Assembly (NCBI GenBank): GCA_050294405.1
Contig: JBNKOC010000025.1
Coordinates: 32,001-96,000, forward strand
Reading direction: 5' to 3'
DNA length: 64,000 nt
Origin: Fibrobacteria bacterium
Lineage (GTDB): Bacteria > Fibrobacterota > Fibrobacteria > UBA11236 > JADFYW01
Positions within the stretch are counted from its first letter, which is position 1, and every line of letters starts with the position of its first letter. Shown one piece after another: positions 39,203 to 51,213 of this stretch. The notes under the pieces were generated by a model. It searched no databases. It worked only from the letters and a program-made list of their open reading frames with translations, and was not told the origin of the DNA. A program made the translations under genes and the position numbers.

Positions 39203-39897
39203 AGGGCGCTGTAATCGTATAAAAATTGACTGGCCAATTTTATTTTGGCTGGCCCACGGAAAAAGAAGGCTCCATTTTTTCCGTGCACTCTGATTTTTCC
39301 ATCTCCTCCCCATTCTACCGCGGAATTTTCGGGTATGGCTAGTACGGATTTATTCTGTTCGCTGGAAAATTCTTTAATTTCGCTATCTTCCCGTTTGTGG
39401 TAATGGCAATGAATCGCCATGTTCCCGAACATTGCCAAGCCTTTGTAATGCCATTCCACAATGTTATCATCGGGATAACTTCCAAATTCTGCGGTTTGGG
39501 TGGATGAACCAAAAATAATGGCTCCTGCAGAATCGCCGAACACAGGTTTACCGGAAGAGATAAACTTTTTCAGAATTTTTTTAAAACCTGATAAATACAA
39601 GACTTTAGCCAGTAAAAAAGTGTTGCCCCCGCTAATGTATATTCCGCTGTATTGATTAACATCAAAATAATTTTTGCCATATAGGCTTACCCACATATCC
39701 AGATGTATGTTTTTATTTTTAGGGAGCTGGCTTTTTAAGCAACAAAAATTTTCAAAAAAATCGCCGGACTCATCGGCAATGGGAAGGTATAAAACTTTAG
39801 CGCCATAAGGAATCTGGGAAAAAAAGCTTTTTTCCAAATATCTGGAAATGGGCCCCTCGCCTCCACCGCCCATAAATATTTTCATCGCTGGCTGCAT
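39115..39897 (-). CDS. Peptidase E / S51-family protein
   Basis: GGG, YLP.A, ISGGNT..L, GDSAGA (nucleophile), HY, IPE. Overlaps the convergent ORF by 88 bp. Confidence 0.85.
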   Translation of the reverse strand: MQPAMKIFMGGGGEGPISRYLEKSFFSQIPYGAKVLYLPIADESGDFFENFCCLKSQLPKNKNIHLDMWVSLYGKNYFDVNQYSGIYISGGNTFLLAKVLYLSGFKKILKKFISSGKPVFGDSAGAIIFGSSTQTAEFGSYPDDNIVEWHYKGLAMFGNMAIHCHYHKREDSEIKEFSSEQNKSVLAIPENSAVEWGGDGKIRVHGKNGAFFFRGPAKIKLASQFLYDYSALYGSRLGKGIMLSGSSEDPLSPEAKAAGW

Positions 39898-40037
39898 CTT
39901 TAAAATTTAAGATTTCTTTGCCCTCCATGACAAGCAATTGCCTGATATTGTGAGAAAAATTTGGGGCTCATGTGGAATCCATACAACATAAGGTTGAATG
40001 GATTAGAGTTATTTTAGCTTATGTAAGGAATGGGTTT

Positions 40038-40784
40038 TTATTTTTTGGAGGATTCCAGCTTGGCTCCGCTTTTGATGAGGCCCAACAAAAAATCCAGTTC
40101 TTTTTGGTTGGGTTGCAAGCGCTGCCATAGGTTTCGCAGGTAGTTTAATTTAGCACCGGATTTATTGCCTTTGATTATTCCCTCATCCTTTAAAAAACCG
40201 GTGAAAAACTCCCAGCTAGCTTCTCTTTCTTCAAAAAGAGTGGGCTCTTTTTCTTTGGGACCTCTACTGGGCTTTTTTAGAGCCGCAGTGGAAAAGGGGT
40301 TGGAAGATAATATGCTATGGGCCCATATTTCATGGAGCGCAATTGCTACCGCATGGGAGAGGTTTAGGCTAAGATCGTTGTTGGGCAAATTTATTTTGAT
40401 AAGCTTATCCATGATTTCGCAATGCTCTCTGGATAGGCCTTGAGACTCGCAGCCAAAAACCAGAGCCACATTTAAATTAAAGTTGCTGGCCGGTAATATT
40501 TCTTCCATTTGATACAGCCTTTGGGAGGCTATTTCCCGGCGGCGCTTGGTAAATCCATAAGACAGGTGGTGGGGGCCTAAAGCTTCCTCCAGCGTTTTGC
40601 AATATATGGCCTTATCCAAAATTTCCGTGGCGGCGGTGCCTGTTTTGTAGGCTTTGCTTTTGGGAGTAAAGGGCGCTCTGCCTACAATGTATAGGGATTT
40701 GGCGTTAAAGCATTTCATAGTCCTTGCCACGAAACCCACATTTTCGGGGATTTCCGGCTCGACTAAAACTACCGAAATGCTCAT
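40038..40784 (-). CDS. SPOUT RNA methyltransferase (TrmJ/LasT-like)
   Basis: VLVEPE.PENVG..AR.M, ALVFG.E..GL, SLNLSHAV. Confidence 0.9.
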   Translation of the reverse strand: MSISVVLVEPEIPENVGFVARTMKCFNAKSLYIVGRAPFTPKSKAYKTGTAATEILDKAIYCKTLEEALGPHHLSYGFTKRRREIASQRLYQMEEILPASNFNLNVALVFGCESQGLSREHCEIMDKLIKINLPNNDLSLNLSHAVAIALHEIWAHSILSSNPFSTAALKKPSRGPKEKEPTLFEEREASWEFFTGFLKDEGIIKGNKSGAKLNYLRNLWQRLQPNQKELDFLLGLIKSGAKLESSKK

Positions 40785-42049
40785 GTGCCCAATTTTTTAA
40801 AGGTGGAATCACAAAATGCCTGATTGAATTCGGGCATATTTTTATAAGTGTAATCCATTATGGAATCCCACATGGGCTTGTGTTCCATACATAAATAGGC
40901 AAATACATCGTCTTTCCATGGTTTTAAAGCCTCTAAAACATGCTGGTACAGTTTTTTGCGAATTTCAAAAGGATAAGTGAGTTTACCGTCGGGGGTTTCT
41001 TCAAAGGGCATTTGCAAAATTTTAGTATGTTGGCGGTTTTTGCGCAATTGATGATCCATTCCTTTTAAAAAGGTGACCGTACCCAAAGATGTATATAAAA
41101 CTTCCTCCTTGGAAAACATGCTCTGAATTTTTTCTATGAGCAGGGAATACTCTTCTTCCCAGTTTTCAAAATATATGATAGGGTGGAAGTGAAAAGCCAG
41201 CTTCATGCCTTTATCGGCAACCTTCCTTGCCGCTAGCAAACGGGCTTCCAGGGACGCGGTTTTCTTTTCTTCATTGAGCACTATTTTTTCGGGATTTACG
41301 GACCAACCGCAACATACATTAGCTGGAAAAGGATTGTCTAAAAAGTAGCTTATGTTTGAGGATTTAGTCTTAAACTCAAGTAGAATATTTGGATGAGATT
41401 CGGCAAAGTCGCATAAATCCTTTAAAATGTTGTTTTTATTTCCCCACATTAGTGAGTCGGAATACTCTCCTGTGCATATATGTTGAGGAATATTGGGATC
41501 AATATGTATGGAGCTTAATTTTTCTTTTAGATTTGTGGGGACCTTTATTTCAGCTTCGTCATAATGGTTTTGTAGCACGCAGTAAGAACATTCCATGGCG
41601 CAATTTTCCACAATGTTCAATACTTTGAGGTTGCAACATACAGCCCTTTCTGAAGCGGCGGGGCACAGCCTGTAAATATTCCCTGTTAATTTTTTTTCGC
41701 TGTAATGGTACTTGGCAAATTTTTCTTTTTCATTGGGAATTTCAAATTTTTTTGGTTGGGCCCGAATGGATTCATAATGTTTTTTTATTTCTTTAAAAAT
41801 CCACTCCCCTTTTTGTTTATCTGTCCAGGGAAAATTTTTCTGCGTTAGATAGTCAATTCTGGATAACAGTTCTTTTTCCAGACTGGGTTCTTTCCACATT
41901 CTAATATCAACCAGCCATTCGCTCAGTATTTTTAGCTGCTGGAAGCTAAAACGATATTTAGCTTCCAATATTCCAATCAATTCCCTTTCTGAGTTACTGA
42001 GTTGCTCCAATAGGGGTAAATTGCTTTGTTTGGGCTGGGATAAATTCAT
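40781..42049 (-). CDS. Spore photoproduct lyase-family radical SAM protein with N-terminal extension
   Basis: CP......CC, NCAMECSYC.LQ, TGE..DSL, EFKTKS, WS.NP, HFHP, YLCME. The ATG at 42049 is preferred as start. Confidence 0.88.
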   Translation of the reverse strand: MNLSQPKQSNLPLLEQLSNSERELIGILEAKYRFSFQQLKILSEWLVDIRMWKEPSLEKELLSRIDYLTQKNFPWTDKQKGEWIFKEIKKHYESIRAQPKKFEIPNEKEKFAKYHYSEKKLTGNIYRLCPAASERAVCCNLKVLNIVENCAMECSYCVLQNHYDEAEIKVPTNLKEKLSSIHIDPNIPQHICTGEYSDSLMWGNKNNILKDLCDFAESHPNILLEFKTKSSNISYFLDNPFPANVCCGWSVNPEKIVLNEEKKTASLEARLLAARKVADKGMKLAFHFHPIIYFENWEEEYSLLIEKIQSMFSKEEVLYTSLGTVTFLKGMDHQLRKNRQHTKILQMPFEETPDGKLTYPFEIRKKLYQHVLEALKPWKDDVFAYLCMEHKPMWDSIMDYTYKNMPEFNQAFCDSTFKKLGT

Positions 42050-42134
42050 TAGGTTGGAAAATTTATAATTAATGCCTATTCCCACCAAACCCAGCCCTTT
42101 AGAAATGGGAAATTGTTAACTAGATTGAAAGAGT

Positions 42135-42210
42135 CTTTGGGGGTGTCCTGTTGCCGGGACTGAGAAAATACCCTTTGAACTTGATGCAATTTGCATTGTC
42201 GGAAGGAAAA
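42135..42210 (+). ncRNA. TPP riboswitch
   Basis: GGGGTG...CTGAGAAAATACCCTTTGAACTTGAT...CGGAAGGAA core directly upstream of thiS-thiC. Confidence 0.9.
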
Positions 42211-42262
42211 GGCAAAATGAACTATCCCGATTTTAAAAAGCAAAGCCCTCAGTTTTAGGTTT

Positions 42263-44934
<2,672 letters not shown>

Positions 44935-44953
<19 letters not shown>

Positions 44954-45708
44954 TAAGTATTGGTGGTTTTGATCCCTGTGGTGGTGCAGGTGTTGCCGCC
45001 GATATTAAAACCTGCGAACATATCGGGGTTTATGGTCTTAGCGTTTGCACGGCTATTACCTCTCAAAATCATTGGGAACTTAAATCCGTAGAATGGGTAT
45101 CGAAAAGCACGGTAGAATCCCAAATTAAGGGCTTGGGAAAAAATTACCATATTCAGGCTGTTAAAATTGGCTTTATTGAAAATTTAAGTTTATTGGAATG
45201 GGTGGTTTATTATTTCAGAAACCATTATCCCGATGCTTTTATTGTTTGGGATCCCATTTTGTACTCCTCTTCGGGTTTTGATGTGCATAACAAATGGGAA
45301 ATGTCGAAAATTACAGCCCTAATAGGGCAATTAAATTTGATTACCCCCAACCGAAGCGAATGGGAAAAATTACTGGAGCACGAGCCTGCGTTGTTAAATC
45401 ATGCAGCTGCAGTTCTTATTACAAGTTGGCGTAATAATGGGGAAATAGTGGAGGATATGTTGATCCGAAACCGGCACAAACATTTATATAAACATCCTGT
45501 GATTCCCATGGGTGAAAAACATGGTTCAGGATGTGTGTTGTCCACCTCGATTGCCTCATATATGTGCCTTAGATACAGTCTTGAAGAATCTTGCCGAAGG
45601 GGGATCGCCGAAACCCAGGAGTATTTAAAAAGCTCGGAAAGCAAATGGGGTACTCATAAAACCAGGGCGAATCCGGATATGGTAGGGATGGAATATGCCG
45701 GAAATTAG
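44935..45708 (+). CDS. thiD: Hydroxymethylpyrimidine/phosphomethylpyrimidine kinase
   Basis: IGGFDP.GGAG..AD.KT, KIG, DP, ITPN..E, HGSGC.LS. Confidence 0.92.
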
Positions 45709-46348
45709 CAGGCTTCATTACATTACCCAGGATGGATTACCTCAATCCCATTTGGAGCAAGTTAAAATGGCTGTGGAATCCGGGCTTGATTGGATTCAAT
45801 TGCGAATTAAAAATCAACCTGCAAAAAAAGTTGAAGAGCTATTAAAAAAGGCTCTTGAAATCACGAAGCCCGCAGGCGTGAGCTTAATTCTTAATGATTA
45901 TTATGAAATAGCTTTTAAATGGGGAGCCCAGGGAGTGCACTTGGGGCAAACAGATGCTTCTATTGATGAAGTTAAAAAAAAGGCTCCAAAAAATTTTATC
46001 ATTGGCGGAACATGCAATACCCTTGAACAATTGCGGGAAGTATATAACATGGGCGCAGACTATGCGGGTCTGGGTCCTTTTAGATATACCAGCACCAAAA
46101 AGAACCTTTCTCCCGTTTTGGGATTAAAAGGGGTTTCTCAAATTTTACAACAAAATACAGCTATTCCAGTGGTGGTTATCGGTGGACTGGATGTTTATGA
46201 TTTAAAAGACTTGGCGGATGTTGGGGCTTATGGCATTGCGCTCTCCTCTACAATCAATGTATCTGAAAATCCCAGCATAAAAATTGCTGAAATTCAAAAA
46301 GAAATGCATCGACAATGGCCCGAATATGAAATGGAAACAACAGGATAA
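45695..46348 (+). CDS. thiE: Thiamine phosphate synthase
   Basis: QLR.K, LND, GVHLGQ.D, GLGPFR.T.TK, IGG. Confidence 0.95.
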   Translation: MPEISRLHYITQDGLPQSHLEQVKMAVESGLDWIQLRIKNQPAKKVEELLKKALEITKPAGVSLILNDYYEIAFKWGAQGVHLGQTDASIDEVKKKAPKNFIIGGTCNTLEQLREVYNMGADYAGLGPFRYTSTKKNLSPVLGLKGVSQILQQNTAIPVVVIGGLDVYDLKDLADVGAYGIALSSTINVSENPSIKIAEIQKEMHRQWPEYEMETTG

Positions 46349-46354
46349 TAAGGC

Positions 46355-47131
46355 ATGACAGACTCTCCTTTAACGATTGCAGGCAAAGAATTTAAATCAA
46401 GGCTTTTTACGGGAACTGGTAAGTTCGCTTCCAATTCTATAATGAGAGAATCTCTTTTGGAGTCGGGAAGTGAATTGGTAACCGTTGCCCTCAAGCGGAT
46501 TGATTTTGACAATTCAGAAGAAGATATTTTGCTTTATTTAAAAGACAGCCAGTTTAACCTTTTGCCAAATACATCGGGAGTCAGAACGGCTAAAGAAGCG
46601 GTGTTTGCAGCTCAAATGGCCAGAGAGGCCCTGGGCACCAATTGGATAAAATTGGAAATACACCCCGATCCCAGAAACTTAATGCCTGATCCCATTGAAA
46701 CCCTGGAGGCTGCCGGTCAATTGGTCAAATTGGGTTTTGTTGTATTACCTTATATACATGCGGATCCCATTCTTTGCAAGCGTCTGGAGGATGTGGGTGT
46801 GGCTGCCGTAATGCCCTTGGGCTCACCCATTGGAAGTAACAACGGGCTTAAAACCAAAGATATGTTAGAGATGATAATAGATGCCTCGTCAGTGCCTGTG
46901 GTGGTGGATGCAGGAATTGGAGCGCCCTCCCATGCTGCAGAAGCCATGGAACTTGGCGCAAGCGCCGTATTGGTAAACACAGCCATTGCTGTGGCTGGGA
47001 ACCCCGTTGCCATGGCCAGGGCTTTTAAACTTTCCGTGGAAGCGGGTCGTATGGCCCATGTATCTGGCCTTGGAGTGACTGGGAAAATTGGGGATACTAC
47101 CAGCCCATTAACACAATTTTTAGACAATTGA
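46355..47131 (+). CDS. thiG: Thiazole synthase
   Basis: [41 protein letters not shown]. Confidence 0.98.
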   Translation: MTDSPLTIAGKEFKSRLFTGTGKFASNSIMRESLLESGSELVTVALKRIDFDNSEEDILLYLKDSQFNLLPNTSGVRTAKEAVFAAQMAREALGTNWIKLEIHPDPRNLMPDPIETLEAAGQLVKLGFVVLPYIHADPILCKRLEDVGVAAVMPLGSPIGSNNGLKTKDMLEMIIDASSVPVVVDAGIGAPSHAAEAMELGASAVLVNTAIAVAGNPVAMARAFKLSVEAGRMAHVSGLGVTGKIGDTTSPLTQFLDN

Positions 47132-47133
47132 TA

Positions 47134-48267
47134 ATGCAACAAAACTATTCTGATTTTTATACCGAGTTTAACAAGTTTCCCTGGGAACAGGTGAAATCCT
47201 TTTTTAATGAGGTTTCTTCTGCGGATGTGGAAGCGAGCCTTAAAAAATCCCGTCGGAACATATGGGATTTTGCCAGGCTTATATCTCCTGCTGCCTCTGA
47301 CTATCTGGAGGATATGGCCAGGGCAAGCCAGGGACTAACCCAAAAGCGATTTGGCAAAACAATTCAAATGTATACTCCCATATACCTTTCCAACAAATGT
47401 CAGAATATTTGTTTGTACTGCGGGTTCAGCCAAAACAATAAAGTGGACAGAAAAGTGCTGACTCCCCAAGAAATTTGCCAGGAAATGAAACATGTAAAAA
47501 ACATGGGCTACGAACATATTTTGTTCGTGACAGGAGAGTCCAACGATGTGGGGTTGGAATACTTTATGGAGGCCATGGAATTGGCTAAAAAAGAATTTTC
47601 CCAAATCTCATTTGAAGTGCAGCCCATGGATGAAGAGGAATACAAGGCCTTAATTGATAATGGTTTGCACAGCGTACTATTGTATCAGGAAACCTATAAC
47701 GAAAATCGCTACAAGGAAGTGCATCCCAAGGGTAAAAAAAGTTTTTTTAAAAACCGCCTGCTATCGCCGGAAAAGATTGGCAGGGCCGGAGCTTATAAAA
47801 TTGGCCTTGGTTGTTTGCTCGGCTTGGATGATTGGCGGACGGACTCCTTTTTTACAGCTCTTCACGCCCAGTATTTAAACCGAAAATTTTGGAAGTCCAA
47901 ATTTTCCATTTCTTTTCCCCGGCTAAGGCCTTTTCAAGGCCAGTTTCAGCCAAACAGTATTATGACAGACAGAGAGTTTGTTCAGTTAATATGCGCTTAC
48001 CGTTTATTAGATCCCAATTTGGAGCTTTCTCTTTCAACTAGAGAGGCCCCTAAATTCAGGGACAATCTAATTGGCCTGGGCATAACTACGGTGAGTGCTG
48101 GTTCTAAAACCAACCCCGGCGGCTATTCTGAACCGGATTCCAGTCTGGAGCAGTTTGAAATCCATGACAACCGTTCCCCTGCCCAAATGGCTGAGGCTAT
48201 TCGAAATAGGGGTTATGAGCCTGTCTGGAAAGATTGGGACCCAGCCTTGGCTCAAAATTCTCAATAA
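47134..48267 (+). CDS. thiH: 2-iminoacetate synthase (radical SAM tyrosine lyase)
   Basis: P.YLSN.C.N.C.YCGFS, YQETY, SFPRLRP, LSTRE, SAGS.TNPGGY, PVWKDW. Confidence 0.97.
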   Translation: MQQNYSDFYTEFNKFPWEQVKSFFNEVSSADVEASLKKSRRNIWDFARLISPAASDYLEDMARASQGLTQKRFGKTIQMYTPIYLSNKCQNICLYCGFSQNNKVDRKVLTPQEICQEMKHVKNMGYEHILFVTGESNDVGLEYFMEAMELAKKEFSQISFEVQPMDEEEYKALIDNGLHSVLLYQETYNENRYKEVHPKGKKSFFKNRLLSPEKIGRAGAYKIGLGCLLGLDDWRTDSFFTALHAQYLNRKFWKSKFSISFPRLRPFQGQFQPNSIMTDREFVQLICAYRLLDPNLELSLSTREAPKFRDNLIGLGITTVSAGSKTNPGGYSEPDSSLEQFEIHDNRSPAQMAEAIRNRGYEPVWKDWDPALAQNSQ

Positions 48268-48325
48268 ATTTGTTGTTGCTCCTGCTTTAACTTAAATTCT
48301 CTGGCTTAAATTTTGTTGGAGCATT

Positions 48326-50137
48326 ATGTCGGAATTAAATGAAAAAATTCGCAACGTTGCCATTATCGCTCATGTAGATCACGGCAAAACTACTCTTGTA
48401 GATCAATTGATGAAGTTCTGCCAGCTCTTTCGTGAAAACCAGGAAGTAGAAGATTGTTTCCTGGACAATAACGATCAGGAGCGTGAACGAGGCATTACTA
48501 TTTTGGCCAAGAACATATCCCTTAACTATGGCGATATTAAAATAAACCTTATAGATACCCCTGGGCACTCGGATTTTTCAGGTGAAGTGGAAAGAGTTCT
48601 GAAGTTAGCTGATGGATGTTTGTTACTGGTGGATGCCCATGACGGTGTTATGCCTCAAACCCGCTTTGTTTTGAAGAAGGCGTTGCAGGTAGGTTTAAAA
48701 CCCATAGTGGTGATGAATAAAATGGATCGTCCCGATGCCCGTCCCCAGGAAGCATTGGATTCCGTCTATAATCTGTTTATTGACTTTAATGTATCTGATG
48801 AAGAATTGGACTTTCCTATTTTATATTGTTCCGGCAGAAGCGGTTGGGCCAGCACAGATATTGGAGTTAAGGGAGAAAACTTAGGCCCCTTAATGGAAGC
48901 CATTGTTAACCATATCCCTGGCCCCAAGGCTCCATCAGGACCCGTGCTTATGCAAATCACCAGCTTTGAGTATTCCGATTACCTTGGCCGAATTGGAGTG
49001 GGAAGAGTATATCGGGGAGAATTAAAATTAAAATCTCCCTTAAGTCTTATTAAAAGAGATGGCAGCAGCAAAAAAGTAATGTTAAAAAAGCTTTTTGTGT
49101 TTGAAGGTTTGGGAAAGGCCGAAGTCGAATCTGTGGCGGCTGGAGAAATGTGCGCCGTTGTGGGTGTGGATGACGTGGAAATTGGAGACAGTTTAAGCGA
49201 TTGGGAAAATCAAGAAGCTCTGCCTCCCATTCCATTAGAAGAACCTACTATCAGCATGATGTTTGCAGCCAATGATTCACCGGGTTTTGGCAGTGACGGA
49301 AAATTCGTAACCAGCCGTCACTTGCGAGACGCCTTGTTTAAAGCTGCAGAAAGAGATGTTGCGGTACGCGTGGAACCCAGCGAAGAAAGAGAAGGCCGCT
49401 TTAAGGTTTACGGTAGAGGCATTTTGCATTTATCCGTATTAATTGAAAACCTTCGCAGGAAAGGTTATGAGTTATTAGCCGGCCAGCCCCAGGTGGTGTA
49501 TAAAGAAATAGACGGCGTTCTCCATGAGCCTGTGGAAACCCTGGTGGTTGAGGTTAAAGAAGAGTATGCCGGAAAAGTAATAGAGCAGGTAGCCAAACGT
49601 AAAGGCGAGTTGCTGCACATTGATTACATAACCGATGGACAAATACAAAATTATGAAATTCCCTCCAGAGGCTTAATTGGTTTGAGAAGTATGTTGCTAA
49701 ATGCATGCTCTGGTAACATCGTAATGAACCACCGTTTTAAAGCCTTTCAGCCCAAGGCGGGAGAAATGCAGGGCCGCCCTTATGGGGTTTTGGTTTCCAA
49801 GGAAGAAGGGTCTGCTGTTCCATACGCTATTGCCAACTTGCAGGATAGGGGAGAGTTTTTCTTGGATCCCGGAGTTCATGTATATAAGGGCCAAATTGTG
49901 GGAGCCCATTGCAAAGATGGAGATTTGGAAGTTAACATTCAAAAAGAAAAAAAGCTTTCCAATATGCGTGCTGCAGGAAGCGATCGCAGTTTAAAAATTG
50001 CTCCAGCGCTAAAAATGACTCTGGAAGATGCCCTGGAGTTTATTGAATCCGATGAATGGGTGGAAGTGACTCCTAACTACATCAGATTAAGAAAAATGGA
50101 ATTGGATCCCTTACGCAGAAAAAGGGCTGTGGCTTGA
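48326..50137 (+). CDS. typA: Translational GTPase TypA/BipA
   Basis: IAHVDHGKTTLVD, ERERGITIL, DTPGHSDF, GRG.LHL, DE.VEVTP..IRLRK. Confidence 0.98.
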   Translation: MSELNEKIRNVAIIAHVDHGKTTLVDQLMKFCQLFRENQEVEDCFLDNNDQERERGITILAKNISLNYGDIKINLIDTPGHSDFSGEVERVLKLADGCLLLVDAHDGVMPQTRFVLKKALQVGLKPIVVMNKMDRPDARPQEALDSVYNLFIDFNVSDEELDFPILYCSGRSGWASTDIGVKGENLGPLMEAIVNHIPGPKAPSGPVLMQITSFEYSDYLGRIGVGRVYRGELKLKSPLSLIKRDGSSKKVMLKKLFVFEGLGKAEVESVAAGEMCAVVGVDDVEIGDSLSDWENQEALPPIPLEEPTISMMFAANDSPGFGSDGKFVTSRHLRDALFKAAERDVAVRVEPSEEREGRFKVYGRGILHLSVLIENLRRKGYELLAGQPQVVYKEIDGVLHEPVETLVVEVKEEYAGKVIEQVAKRKGELLHIDYITDGQIQNYEIPSRGLIGLRSMLLNACSGNIVMNHRFKAFQPKAGEMQGRPYGVLVSKEEGSAVPYAIANLQDRGEFFLDPGVHVYKGQIVGAHCKDGDLEVNIQKEKKLSNMRAAGSDRSLKIAPALKMTLEDALEFIESDEWVEVTPNYIRLRKMELDPLRRKRAVA

Positions 50138-50139
50138 TT

Positions 50140-50571
50140 TCAAGCAGCTTTTGGCTGCTTTTTTTCCATATGTAATTGAACCTTTTGGATAAGGTTCTTT
50201 TTATCCACTGGTTTTACCAGATAGTCCTTGGCGCCGGCTTTTATAGCCTCCATTATTTTTTCTTTACGTCCCTCGGCGGTGACCATGATTACGGGTATAT
50301 TTCTCCAAACTTCCATGCTGTGGAGTCTTTGCAGAAAATCAAAACCACTCATATCATCTCTTAAATTCCAATCCAGTAAGATTAGCTGGACTTTTTCCAG
50401 AATAAGGCTTTCAAAGGCATCATCGGTTTTGAAACAAGTAACCAGCCTATATTTTTTTAATTCTTCAATGGAATTAAATTGAGCACTAAACATGCTCAGC
50501 ATAACCGGCGTATCATCGATGGCGAGGATAACAGGAAGGTTGGACTCCTTGTGTTCCTGAATATTTGCCAT
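50140..50571 (-). CDS. Single-domain response regulator
   Basis: IDD, LLDW, MVTA, YLVKP. Confidence 0.92.
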   Translation of the reverse strand: MANIQEHKESNLPVILAIDDTPVMLSMFSAQFNSIEELKKYRLVTCFKTDDAFESLILEKVQLILLDWNLRDDMSGFDFLQRLHSMEVWRNIPVIMVTAEGRKEKIMEAIKAGAKDYLVKPVDKKNLIQKVQLHMEKKQPKAA

Positions 50572-50588
50572 TTTTTTAAAACTTAGGG

Positions 50589-51062
50589 TTAAACGCTTTT
50601 CAGGTTAACAGCCACATCAAAGTGACCGGCATCGCATTCAAAAGGGATAATCATACTGAGTACATCTTTAGGTTCAAAAATGCTGTGCTCTGAACCCATC
50701 ACCACAGTTGGAAGGGAAATGTTAATTTTAAAATCTACCAGATTCTTTTTTGCGGAACCGGCAATAATGTTTGCCAGTTCTCCAACGGCATCAGTAATAT
50801 CCTCATTTAAATCGGGAACAGTTTCCCCGATAAACGCACTCACCACTTTTAGCGCGGTTTCCTTGGGAAAACTGATTACCACACTTCCCTTAGCTTCGCC
50901 ACTTAATCCAATGACCCCGGAAACATCATAACTCACACCCATTCCCTGCTTTAAGGAAGGTTTACCTGGTTTAGCCTTCATCCCTATCATGGTTTCAAAA
51001 GAATTACAGGTTGCCTGCAAAAAGGGGTTTATATGTTCAACTTTCGGAGGTGAGATTGCCAT
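50589..51062 (-). CDS. cheX: Chemotaxis phosphatase CheX
   Basis: INPF, DVSGVIG..G...G, DAVGELANIIAG (ExxN), ISLP.VV.G. Confidence 0.93.
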   Translation of the reverse strand: MAISPPKVEHINPFLQATCNSFETMIGMKAKPGKPSLKQGMGVSYDVSGVIGLSGEAKGSVVISFPKETALKVVSAFIGETVPDLNEDITDAVGELANIIAGSAKKNLVDFKINISLPTVVMGSEHSIFEPKDVLSMIIPFECDAGHFDVAVNLKSV

Positions 51063-51213
51063 TTATGACTCACTGGTTTAGGTTTAACTGTATTTTGCCT
51101 TGCTCATTACAAATGCCGCGCTATTAACCAAGGATATTACTATTTTTTCAATTTTTCCATAAAATAATGCAAAAAAGGCTAAATTTTACTTTTTAAAGGG
51201 AAAATGAAATAGA

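Noticed and set aside
48270..48328. tgctcc/ggagca pairing that could sequester the typA RBS
   Set aside because: Only 6 bp across a long AT-rich loop, which is compatible with chance.
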